Shown here piece after piece: positions 41,749-53,480 of a stretch of DNA of 64,000 bases. How positions within the stretch are numbered: the first letter of the stretch is position 1; each line of letters starts with the position of its first letter. Origin of the DNA: Fimbriosthenelais zetlandica (Eukaryota); assembly GCA_977030845.1 (NCBI GenBank), contig OZ365113.1, positions 37,572,001-37,636,000 of the forward strand, given 5' to 3'. Position numbers and translations under genes: made by a program. The notes under the pieces were generated by a model. That model did no database searches. It had not been told where the DNA came from and was given only the letters and a program-made list of their open reading frames with translations.

Positions 41749-42364
41749 CAAGACGGCGGAACCCGAAAATATTTGGAAATCCTGTCTAAATAAAAAGCTG
41801 GTAAATGCCAGGCATGCATGCACATTATTGTTTATTTTAGTCTGAAATTAAACTTTATACTATTGATAATTCGGCCGTAGCAGCTTTACAATTACTCCAG
41901 ACATATTGTATGGGTAATCGTTCAATATAGTTTAGCATTAATAAAGAATGCAATGCTCGCAACACCACTGCGATAAAGGTGATGCAATGAAATTAATATA
42001 TTATGGTCCAAGTGACTATAGGGCCTCCTTAGACCGTCCTCGACTGGTACATTTTTCATTGCAACACAAAAAATACATTTCTCGCAGTAGTGACACAATC
42101 AAATTCGCAGGAGGGAGTAGGCCTACTGCCTTAAGATTAAGATCATATTTTCCCATAACACCACTGGCTTAGGACCCCTACAAAGATGGACCCCTTTTTC
42201 ACAGGGCATTAAATAATAAGCTACGACTAAAGCCTTGGGTAGCATGCGTTTTTCAATGACAAAAAAGCATTGTGCCTTGAATGGTTAGTCAAAAAAATTG
42301 GTCATGATATTGGATAATTTCCTGATTGAATTATCAAGGGGTTCCTTATAATATTGATATAGGC

Positions 42365-42695
42365 TACAGATGCCGTGGGGCATTTGACGGATGAGATACC
42401 TTATTTTGATCCGGTGATGATCAATGTCCTGGGCTGAGGCACATGAAGGCACGTGCCTGGAATATTGACTTTGTTATGTTCAATGCCCCAGGTATTTTAA
42501 GGCAGACCTTTCATAATCAAAATGTATTGGAACAGGGATGCTCAATGCTCCCAGGGCACTTGAGGGCACAGATATGATAATTTTTATATCATGATGTACA
42601 ATTCTACCACTGCAGTACCAGCTAGGGGATTTGGGGATAGAGACTTTATGGTATTGATATATAGAAATGCTGGGGCATTTGCATGTGCACAGAAA
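42365..42695 (+). repeat. Highly degenerate ~60-bp-period repeat (aatgcyccrgggca.ttga core)
   Basis: Related cores at ~42369, 42424, 42483, 42545 and 42666. Confidence 0.4.
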
Positions 42696-43356
42696 CCTTA
42701 AATATTAATCTCGAATTTGGGCTCTGTTCCATGAACCACAGACTAACCATGAACTAACATATCCACCCCTCAACCTATAAAATACCCTCCCACCAATCAT
42801 CTGCATATATAGAAGGTAACGTTTTGTTCATAATTTCACCTGCGTAATAATCTAGTATAATCCATACATCATGATATATCTACATGTCGCTGACACATCA
42901 AGTATTAAAATCGACAATCACATTATTGATATGCTATGCATATTTGTATAAAAGTGATAATATCTAGTAATGAACATCGATATGTATTCAGCGGTGTGAG
43001 ATTATCAGGTAGTACATCACACAACTGTTGCAACAAAATCAATAACAAATGGTACAAAAACCGTGTATAAGTAGCTTTCCACCAGAAATTTGGCAATCCA
43101 ATATTGCCCTGCATCCATCAGGAAGTCCAAAAACTAAAGTAAGTATAAACTGTTTTGATGTAAGCCGCAAGAATTTTGACATCGGAACAGTCTGACTGCA
43201 TCCATGAATCCATTGTTGATTCTTCTTTTGTTTCGTTTTTTTTACTTTTCCATTTGTTTTGGAATTTACCTTCAGGGGATATTGAATTTTGATAGAAATG
43301 GCCATGGTATTTAATTTCTTTAGGATAGCTTCGTCCCCAGTACATACAATTGGTCC

Positions 43357-45606
43357 ATGATGAGCATCTTCGTTGCTTTGTTGTCCCTGGTTTGTGGGAC
43401 TAAGGCTCTGACCACCACAGAGTTGAGTACCATTTCAACCTTCACTAGTGATAAATGTGGCAGTCTAACATTGACAGAGGGTAATGCACGAACCACCTTG
43501 ACAGCTACTGGAATCCCCAATCACCCATGTTGGCAGGTAGAAAATTCAATTGTTTCTTGCACGATCATTGACTTGTTTTTGGAATTGCCGTCATACAATA
43601 CAGCTAAAATTGGGATATATTATATAATCATCTAAACAGCTTCATGAAAATATCTCCATTATCCATACCTAGAAAATCTTAAATTAATTACCAGGTGCAT
43701 AAAATAATCATCTCAACTAACTCAGTTTTCTATTTCAGCCAAACCGGAACGGTCTTGCAGACATGAGCTATTCCTCTAGAATTCCCACGACACCAAGCTA
43801 TGCAGCCACACCAAACTGCCTGCCCATGGGAATAGTGGGATATGCTATTAATGGCGTGCCCTTCTTCAATCTACTCAGTTCCTCTTGTACCAATGCTGTA
43901 GCAGGAACAGGCGGTGAAACTTTTGACTGCTGTGGGGGCCATTCAGCTTCAAGAGGTGAGTAGATAATCTATAGCTGTCAGATGTTGGTGGAAAGATTGG
44001 CAACAACTTTGACATAACTATCTCCACGACAGCCTTACTTCATGCAAAAGATAATTCTGTTGCATAATGTGAAGCATATGTACGGATCCAGATAAATAGG
44101 CACATTCATACCCAATGCTTGTAATTTTGTCAGTGGTTAGCCTTAGCTAGGTTTAAATGACTTAAAATTTCAAGCATTGGTTGTATTGTGACTAGAAATA
44201 TACTATCGCTCTGCATCGTTTGGGTAAATCGCCTCTGTGGGGGCCTGGCATAACCATTGGTCGCCACAACGACATCGTCCCCCTACCATTTTCACTGAGC
44301 CCCAACCCTACCGACCCTTTGGAAAATCCAATGGAAAATGAACCCCTGTGCAGCCACTTACATGTAAAGACACACATGCATGTACTCCGAATATATAGGA
44401 ACTATCTTGTCAATTACCCTTATTTTCAGATAACTATCACTACCACCGTATGCCGAGTCTGAAGTGCCTCTTGGAGCTTGATGATGTCCCGTCAGACGAT
44501 ACACTCATTGGAGTGGCCATGGATGGTTTTCCCCTCTATGTTAATTCAGCTGTGTATGAGGATGATTCTAGCCTTGATGAATGTCATGGTAAAGAGGTCG
44601 ATGGAGGTTACAGGTAGGACACGACCACACAATTCAAATGTTGACCAGTGTGTTTTTTGTTGACCCCTAAAAAATTAAAAAAACATTGACCAGTGTGTTT
44701 TTTTGTTGACCCCTAAAAAATATACATAAGGGCCTATACTAAAATATGGAAAAAAATAGCTAGGGAGAGGGGAGGATGCTTCCGCCCAGGGCCGGAATTG
44801 AAACCTGGGCCAGTTTCAGCACAAATATATTGCTAATTGCATGTAGTCACAAATTAATATTACTTTCAATGGACCTTATCGACTCACCTCCCCTGTCATT
44901 TGTTTTCCTCTATAATATTATGTGAGTATGTTCTCTTATAATAAAACTATGTAACTCTTGGTGCCCTAGAAAAACGACATTGTCGAGGTAAGACTAATCG
45001 GTAAAACTTTAAAAAATGATAACTTGAATAATTTTGCTCGCAGATATTATGCAACAAGGAGTTTCCCATACACTTTTGGGTGTTATAAAGGGACACCTGT
45101 TGGGAGAACAACTGCCGAAGCATGTGCAGGCATTCAAGGTAACTAACTAACATTTCATTAATTTTAGCGCCTAGTCTTTTATCTACAAAATGATAACAAA
45201 CTACTTGGTGAAGATGATAACATTTTATCACATTATTCACCGATCAACACAACAAATTGGCTGAATCTACCATAAATGAATTATTTGTTTATATTTTGAT
45301 TAATTAATTACAGGTACCACGGGGAAAATGTGCTCATGTGGAGCAAGTGGTTGCTCAACAGAAAAACAGTCAATCTACGTCTACGATGGATCCGATGCTG
45401 ATATGAGTGGCTGTTCAAATGCACTGGAATGTAGCGGTGATGTTCTCAACTCCAACACGTGTTTCGATGATACGTATGTTTCTACCATAACGTCAAGCTA
45501 CAACTGCTACAGCTACTTTGTTAACACAGCTGACAGCAGCTGTAGCACCTGCTCCACAGCCAAACGCTGGAGTGGCCTTCTCAACAAGCTGCGCAAGGCA
45601 AACTAA
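43357..45606 (+). CDS. Secreted YHYH-domain protein, paralog B (322 aa, 5 coding exons)
   Basis: Exons 43357-43536, 43739-43955, 44430-44613, 45044-45138, 45314-45606. Same intron positions and phases as paralog A; 969 nt in frame. Confidence 0.85.
44101..44255. mobile_element. Truncated copy of the palindromic MITE found at 53273-53480
   Basis: caatgcttgtaatttt...aaaatttcaagcattgg arms, a central segment that is the reverse complement of the 53.3-kb copy centre, and a shared gcctct.tgggggcc..gcataa end. Confidence 0.65.
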
Positions 45607-45904
45607 CAAGATGTCAAATTCCGAAATAATGTTGTCAAATTCGCAACATATTATGATGGAATATAACTACATCGGCATGAATAAAACGTCACATGACAAT
45701 TATTTTGTTTATCTCATTTCATATTTGTATTATTTTATCTTATTTTAATAAATTTCCCATCTAAGATCTACTGCATATCGAAAATCATACAAGAAATACA
45801 TCAGTCTGGTATTAAATAATGTGTCGACAAACTGACAGCACAAAAATAAGATGATTTACATTAACTTTCTATGCAGACAGGATAATTAAGTTTACAATTA
45901 TAGT

Positions 45905-47773
45905 TTAACTTTTGTTTCGTTTGCAGACACAATAATTGACCACATTTTTCTCAGAATCCCCTAGACAATGAACCATATTGGCGTACGAGTTTATACGAGT
46001 AATGGGATTCTTGGGATCTATAAGGAAGCTCTTTTTACTTTTTATGTAATCTAAAGCCACCTCATACATAGCATCACCGGGTGTTGTCTGAAAGCTAACT
46101 TCATAATAGTTGGATGATTCTAGTCCATCCGGGGCAGCTACCATGCCATATTTAATGGATTTAAGACTTATTCTGCTGCATTTACTCCGCAGGTGTCGTG
46201 TCCACTCATTCATTTTATTGATGGCGGTAGTCACTGCTTGTTGTATAATCGGTTTACTCGTGTTCAGAGAAATCCAATTCAAACACGAACACAATCTCAT
46301 AGGGATTTCTGATATTTTACAAGTCCTGTTCTTTGGGATTTTGTCAAAAAGACTCCACCCTCGAGTACTGTTCCTATGATATCGTTTCATGTCAAGGATT
46401 TGCATCATTGTTTCCCTCAAGTCGTGTGCTGTTGTTAGCAAAGGGGCATTATGTTCCAAATTAGCTTGAAATTCAGGATATTTTTTCCTAAACCAAGGGG
46501 GAAGAAGAATGCTGGAATATGGGGAAACATATTCTAGTTTACCCTGTTTAGTGCGCCGTAATGACGAAAACCTGGGTCCATGATCTGAGGCTAAAAGTAG
46601 CAGAGTTTTGTTCAGAATACCTCGAGATTTGAGATCCTTCAAAAATGAAATAATTTCATCATCACCAGTTTTCAAGGCGGTCAAACTGTCATGTGAAAGT
46701 GCACCGTTATGAAGATAAGCAAAGAGTGGCCGTGGACTGTAGGTATCAAACGCATCTAAGAGATAATCTAGGGATAACTTCAATGCTGACTTTCCACCAA
46801 TGCATGGCCCCCGAAAAACCTTCTCAACGGCCATGTAGAAATGACGCATGTAGTGCTCCATTGGTTTGTGTAGAAAGCCTCGCCTTTGGTAAGTCCAAAG
46901 ACCCGAGAAAGGTTGGTCTTCTGAATAGAGGGAAACATAACCTCGTTTCCTCAAGGGTCTCCAAATGAAAGGGTACACATCCACGTTGACTCCCTTTGGA
47001 TTACTCCTGCGAGAATCTTTCAGCTCAAACCCATCTCCGTCAAGATCTTTACCAGTTAGGATTGGTATGAGTTCCGAAGGTGTTCCATCTCCTAGTACAT
47101 TGTGTCCGGTTAATTCTACTCCACCCAAATCAGATATGAAATGCTTGACGCTTTTAGGTAGAACCCGATGCCACTGAGGACGTGAAACACTATCAAAGAA
47201 TATAATGAGGATATGCATGTTGTCTGGTCCTGCTGCAACCTTAGCCATATTTTTAACATCTATTTTAGCGGCTCCAGCATGGAAGTTATTCTGAGAAGAT
47301 CCATCCTTGGCTTTACACATGACCTTGAAGTAATTAGCTTCAATCTCAGAAGCATTACTGATGGATTTCATCGGACGGAATTTGAACTTGAAATCTGTGT
47401 CAAAATCAATATAAGCCACATCACAGGAAATAGCTCCTTTCTTTCTGACTAATTCGTCCTTGATGAAGAATTTGCCCTTTTGAGTGAAAGTCCAGTCTAC
47501 ATTTTGGCACTTTACTTTATTGGGTGCTTTCCGAATCGCCTCCCTGACTGCTGCCAAGTCACTAGGCCAAATTTCTAATTTTGGAAGTCTACATGATGGC
47601 AATTTCTCAGGGGTGAAGTTGGCGAAGAGCCCTTTCTTACTATTGAACCCTGGGTCAAAATTGTCAAGAGTAAACGATTCATTTGGGAAGTGAAGTCCCA
47701 TCCCCATGTAGACTACCGCTGTCAATCCTAACGCTATTAAGCTTATAAAAGCGTTGAGTTTTGTACACTTCAT
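45905..47773 (-). CDS. DUF229-family protein (alkaline phosphatase/sulfatase-like fold, type II signal-anchor), 622 aa, intronless CDS
   Basis: Single ORF with an N-terminal hydrophobic anchor. Motifs ILIIFFDSVSR, GHNVLGDGT, LLLASDHGPRF, LTTAHDLRET, SLFDKIPKNRTC...IP..LCSC and a C-terminal YCVC are typical of DUF229 proteins. Confidence 0.85.
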   Translation of the reverse strand: MKCTKLNAFISLIALGLTAVVYMGMGLHFPNESFTLDNFDPGFNSKKGLFANFTPEKLPSCRLPKLEIWPSDLAAVREAIRKAPNKVKCQNVDWTFTQKGKFFIKDELVRKKGAISCDVAYIDFDTDFKFKFRPMKSISNASEIEANYFKVMCKAKDGSSQNNFHAGAAKIDVKNMAKVAAGPDNMHILIIFFDSVSRPQWHRVLPKSVKHFISDLGGVELTGHNVLGDGTPSELIPILTGKDLDGDGFELKDSRRSNPKGVNVDVYPFIWRPLRKRGYVSLYSEDQPFSGLWTYQRRGFLHKPMEHYMRHFYMAVEKVFRGPCIGGKSALKLSLDYLLDAFDTYSPRPLFAYLHNGALSHDSLTALKTGDDEIISFLKDLKSRGILNKTLLLLASDHGPRFSSLRRTKQGKLEYVSPYSSILLPPWFRKKYPEFQANLEHNAPLLTTAHDLRETMMQILDMKRYHRNSTRGWSLFDKIPKNRTCKISEIPMRLCSCLNWISLNTSKPIIQQAVTTAINKMNEWTRHLRSKCSRISLKSIKYGMVAAPDGLESSNYYEVSFQTTPGDAMYEVALDYIKSKKSFLIDPKNPITRINSYANMVHCLGDSEKNVVNYCVCKRNKS

Positions 47774-49940
47774 TGTCTTGCGTTCCAGGAAAAATCCTTA
47801 TCAAAATATCTGAAAGAGAAACAAACAATTTTATGGATATGTCCACATATGACCCGTTCTAAATCTAGGGTGGTGAGAGGTGGTAGGCTGTGGATTAGAA
47901 TATTTCCATGTGACGTGGTGAATATAGGCCCAATAAGTGCACATACATGTTTTAAATTATTATATGTTTCTTTGCATATATGTCCTGTCATCAGTATCTT
48001 TCTGTATATGTTAGTGTTACAACTTCTATAGTACGGTACGTACATATTATAATACCAAAGGTATAGGCTATATACCATGAGGCTAATCAAATTCTTCATC
48101 CAGATATGATTATGTACCTAATTAAATATCAATAAAAATGTCATATATTTATAATTGTATAATACATTATAATCTACCTACCACAAGAATTCCTCAGGAC
48201 CAATTCCTTGTCTTCAATAATCAGTTGTTAAAATAATTCCAAGTCACAGTCTAGAAGCAGTAGAGGTGTATCCAGCCCACACAGTCTAAATCATATGATG
48301 TATAAAGTATAGGCCACTATTTAGGTTCAGTCCAGTGAGAATGAATGAAAGTCGTAACAAAGCAACCTGTACAGGCTTGTATGACCCTGTTGTTGTGCAC
48401 AATTGAAAGGCTATTATGGGATGTAATTACTTGCGAGAGTACACATTGCACGTGACCATAATTGTATGCAACTCAGGACATAATAAGGAAATATACCCTC
48501 GTATTACCCACAACCGTGTACTAATGGATTATAATTATGCATGTAAGGAATGGTGGCGGCCACTCAATCTAAGTGATGGTTACAAATACCTCAGCAAAAC
48601 ACAAAAAACTTGAATGCCAGTCGGCACTGAAAGACAGTTATATATATTTTTTTCTTTTATTTTCCTTACCACTCTTTCTCTCAGAAACAGACGATGATCT
48701 ATAATTAGCTGAAGGCGAATGGAGATTTTTGCTATAGCTAATGGCCAGTCCCAAAGGTGGTCGGTTTAAGTAGGGAGCACAGTATGCTTCCACAACATAA
48801 GCTACAGGTATACACAGTTATAATTACTGGTTCACGTTTCCGCCGCTACAGCAGCTTGGAGTCGCCACTTGCGCTCAGACCGTCTCCTTCCATTGACTCC
48901 AATGTTAAAGACCTCAAATGAACACCATTTTCAAAATCCGATTTCTGACGTGATTGAAAAAAAGACAAAATCTGAATTTAAAATCACCGAGTTGTTGCAT
49001 TCACTCACAGATTTTGGTTTGGAAACCTGACTAATATTAACGTTTCACTACACTGAGCAGCCAATGAAAGTTGCTCAATTTTCCAGAATAGCCATGCAGA
49101 GTCTGCCTCGGATGATGTCAGTGGAAGGAGCGTTTTATAGTATACCTTGCGCAGACGCATTACCTCTTGCTCTCTGTTATTAAAATGTATATGGCAGAGG
49201 GGTATATATATCATCATATATCATGATGGTCTATAGGACCAAGCAAAGGAACACACTCACAGCAGGGAATAACTTATAAAAGCAATATGTTTCTATATGA
49301 AGCACATATTGTCCACTACAAGTGAGGAATCATTCTTATAGTTGACAAGGATTTATTGTTGCAAAGTTTTATTAATAGATTCCATAGGATTATAAATGAC
49401 CTTCTAAACTTAAGAATCCATTAGGAAAGGAATGTGTTTGAGTCAATATTATATGTGAAATTTCTTACAAATTTGTGACACTCATTGGTAGGAAATCTCT
49501 GGAGTTCACATTGCTTTGGCCTGGAGCAAAGAACCGCCAAGCGACATTATACCACACACCGAAGTATCCGTTTCCATGGTTACTCCAGATAATTATTTCC
49601 CACGTTGTCTCACCTTTCTGGCTTGTATTTGAGTGGCATTGCTTCTCATCGGTTTAGACGAGAGCCTCTCGGCGAGAGAGCTCGGAAAGCCAGGAGGAAA
49701 GGGCTTTCCAGGAGGAAAAGCCAGGACCACAAGGTTCCCCAGGGAATATGTTATATATTGAGGGAAAAGGACATTTTGGACCACTTATGGACTTGCTGTA
49801 AAATTGGTTATATTTCAATGCAGATATCAAAGCATTTTGATCACGATGCCGCCAGCTGTACGACAGAAAAGAGCTCTCTAAAGGTATAGACAAGTCACAG
49901 TTACCCAGCAATCAAAAACGCCTTTTGGTTTGAAGCCGAC

Positions 49941-52478
49941 ATGGGCTGTTCTCCCTCCAAAGTGAGCCAATTAAGCCATTTAAAGCCAAACGACATAAGT
50001 CGTAAACTGAAAGTTGGTGCGGATGGAATGAGTGGTGAATCGAAGAGCGATAATTCAGGCAACGATGGGGAAACATCGTTTAACGGTAATGCCATCAACG
50101 CACCCCTGAAGAAGCTGGACCCCCGACTTCCCCTGAATGAACGCCAACTCTTTGGAATAAAGAGATCCTGGAAAGCAATCGGCAGAAACATGGTCACCAC
50201 TGGGGTGAACATGTTTATCAGGTAGGTGGAGATCCAATGATTAAACGGCATGATTCCATACATAATTTGATGGGGCACACATCGGTTTGTATGTCACTTT
50301 TAGCATTGTGAATTTTCCAAAGGAAATGACAACGTTCTATAGCTCTTCACTTAGTTTTATAGCCTGAGCTAACTGAGCTACGAGAATTTAAAAGTATGTA
50401 GAATTAATTAACCTACTGCAAAAGTATGTGGAATGAACCTACGATCATCTTCCTGTGAACTTTTGTTCTTCTTCATGGATCAGTACACTCTACGTTCGTA
50501 TTTTGAGCATGTTCAAGCAGATCGTAGGGAGATCGTAGCTCAGTGGGTTTAGGCTATAAACGGCATGATTTGATGGGACACACATCGTTTTGTATGTCTC
50601 TTTTAGCATTGTGAACAAAGGAAAGGACAACGTTCATATAGCTCTTCACTTAGTTTTAATATCTTCTCTTTCTCTCAGTTCTTTACCGTTTCTTCCCTCT
50701 TGATATTCATGTACGCAATTATGTGAAAGGCATACTCCGAAGATACACTTCAATTTCAATTGTCAGAAATAATATGGTGGAAATTGTGAGGGTATAGGAT
50801 GAAACTGAGGAACTAATGAGGCACTATGACCAGCAGCAATGTAACAGATACCCTCAACATCTATTGATCCTGACAGGACTCGCCAGAACCGGAAGTTTAT
50901 ATATAGACCTACACATTGAAATAACATCTTTTCAGAGGAGGAAATATCTTTCTTGATTGAAAAGAACGCTTCAGAGGATTACTGCAGTGAAGTGCATGGT
51001 ATTAATGCAATATTGCCAGCCTGAATACTCTGTGAATACGTCAAAGTATTCTATAAATTGTATGAGTTCTGAGCATCACAACTTGAAATGGTTCCTTGGA
51101 TGCAGGGGAAGGTTATATCTTTTCAGGTTCTGTGATAGCATTCTTAAGACAGTCAAGTGTTTTATCGATTAGATATTGGAAATTAGATCCATGGACCTTT
51201 AAAATGAGGTATCTAAATTACACCAAAATCCCTTACTGATGAAAGTTAGATAGATTAAATATTATTAACACTGAGTTGGTTTTAATGTATGCATTTTGTC
51301 TTAATTTGATTCCCAATATCAACCAGGTCGTTACTTCGGGACAACCTCAACACAGAAGTCCCTAATAGGACTAAAAGCAAGCTGGCAACAGAGGATCAAA
51401 GGTTTTCTGGATGACTTTTAGCCCTTCTTTTGTAGCTGTGTACCATAAAAGTAACCCTGAAGATGTGAAGAGCATTTCTGCATGCATTTTGGGTACATAA
51501 AACGGTCCTCCCTGTGACAAAATGCACTGAAAGACCCCAGATACTCCCACTCTGCATGTCCTTACACTACAGAGTGTATCTTAGACTTTACCTGTATGGA
51601 CTTCCTTCATACTTCTAAGAGCGGTCATTTTTAGGCTTGTGTAGGCGTTAGTATCAGTTATTTTCATTCATTGACAGATTTGTCTCTGTACATGGTATGA
51701 AAATGATCACAGCTACTACCTACAACTCCGAAGGAAAGAACTACGATGTACTTAACCTTATGCACCTATTTTATTGCCAACCAACCAGTCCACATACTCA
51801 GGCCATTGCTCAACTCTTAACATTTGGCCTATTTATAAAATATAAGGGTCATATTACACAGAATACATTGAATCAGTGAAATATGATTTTATCATTTTAT
51901 TTATCATTTCAGGTTGTTTGAAACCAATATGGATCTCCGTTACCAGTTTAAAGAGTTCAAGGACCTGACGAATGTGGCAGACCTGCGTAAATCAGAGGGA
52001 TTCGTGGAGCATGCCATCCTAGTGATGTGTACAATAGATGAAGCCATCAACAACCTGGATGACGTCCCTTACGTCATTGAGATGTTAAGAAAGACAGGCA
52101 ATTCCCACAAGAGATTCCCAGGATTCAAATCGGATTATTTCTACGTGAGTTTTACTATATTTCCTTTTTCACTTGTATTAAACCATTTTACTTTCAAATC
52201 AACCTGATTGGAAAACTTTGTGTATACATTGGTTCTCTTACTTCGTAGCAACTGACATTCCATACAAGTATTTTGAGGTTTTTCATGAAAGGGACCGAAC
52301 ATTATAATGACTGAAACGATGAATAATGAAGTCGATTTGATTTCAGGAAATCGAGGCACCATTTCTCCTGGCAGTGAGGGAAACTTTAGGTGATCGTTTC
52401 TCATTCAATATGGAAGTCGCATACAAGCGGGTCATCTATTTCATTCTTGATACCTTGGTCCAAGGCTTTAAGAGCTGA
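49941..52478 (+). CDS. Globin with N-terminal acylation motif (globin X/neuroglobin-like), 214 aa, 3 exons
   Basis: Exons 49941-50221, 51913-52144, 52347-52478, 645 nt in frame. Introns at the canonical B12.2 and G7.0 positions. A-helix SW, B10 Phe (MFIRLF), CD1 Phe, E7 His (FVEHAIL) and F8 His (GNSHKRF). N-terminus MGCSPS. Confidence 0.9.
50360..50556. mobile_element. MITE with ~24-bp TIRs and TA flanks in globin intron 1
   Basis: tagcctgagctaactgagctacga / tcgtagctcagtgggtttaggcta, with TA on both sides. Confidence 0.7.
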
Positions 52479-53272
52479 GAACTGGAACCTAGGAATGCGC
52501 AATTACCTTTGAAATTCAAAATTAAAAAAGAAAATATTTCGGCAAATTTAGGCAAAAATGGGTAAATATTTGAGATTCTAATCTCTAATGATCTCAGGAA
52601 TTCTCTAACGTGATTGTTACAAAAACATGTCCATAATATGATTATAACAAATCTTTGCCAATGGGAAGGAGGGGGCTGTCATTAAATTTAATATTTTAAT
52701 TTAAGAATAATTAACAATAATTATTATACATCGATATACATTTGAGTCAAATAACCTAAGGTCAAGGATGACCTTCACGGAAAACTTCAATACAGCATAA
52801 GGTGTGAGAAAGGGGAATTTTACTAAAGCTAAAGTTCTGGAGGCTGGAGCTTTTTCTCAAAACGAATAGTAGCAGTTGACTTAAAATTGCTAATTTTCCT
52901 TCTGAAAAGTTCCCCATTAATGCATTCGTTCATATAACAATGAGTTTGATATGCTACATGAGGTTGTCTGCTCCGGCTCAGAGCTGGCAAATTATATCAC
53001 AGACAATTTATGAGTCTGCAGCGTTTCCAATTCTGAAGCTTTGTAAAATTATTGTCAGATAATTTAGCGACGGTTGGAGCGTACAATTAACTTAGAACTG
53101 GTTGACATTAACAACGTTCATCAGTTAAATCTGTCAGCTTGAAGCTGTCTGATAGAGTGACAATTTACCTGTCAAATAGGTATCACTTACATCCGCGTAA
53201 CTGGCCAGTAACCAACCCAAGATATCAAATTGCGGTATCAAATGGGCTAGCACTCATAGGAACAACAGTAAT

Positions 53273-53480
53273 GCCAAGCCCCCATAGAGGCGATTCTCCA
53301 AGCGATATCAGCGTGATACCATAATTCTAATCACACTCAATGCTTGTAATTTTAACAGTCGTTTACACCTAGCTATATATAAGGGTAACCACTGACAAAA
53401 TTACAAGCATTGAGTGTGACTAGAAATATAGATTCGTGCAGCTACCGCTTGGAGAATTGCCTCTATGGGGGCCCAGCATA
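53273..53480. mobile_element. Palindromic (foldback) MITE, ~210 bp
   Basis: Outer arms atgccaagcccccatagaggcgattctccaagcg / cgcttggagaattgcctctatgggggcccagcat. Inner arms cacactcaatgcttgtaatttt / aaaattacaagcattgagtgtg. Confidence 0.8.

Noticed and set aside
46110-47693. Several antisense ORFs within DUF229, the cGLR and the FAM217-like exon
   Set aside because: These are shadow ORFs on the opposite strand of long coding sequences.
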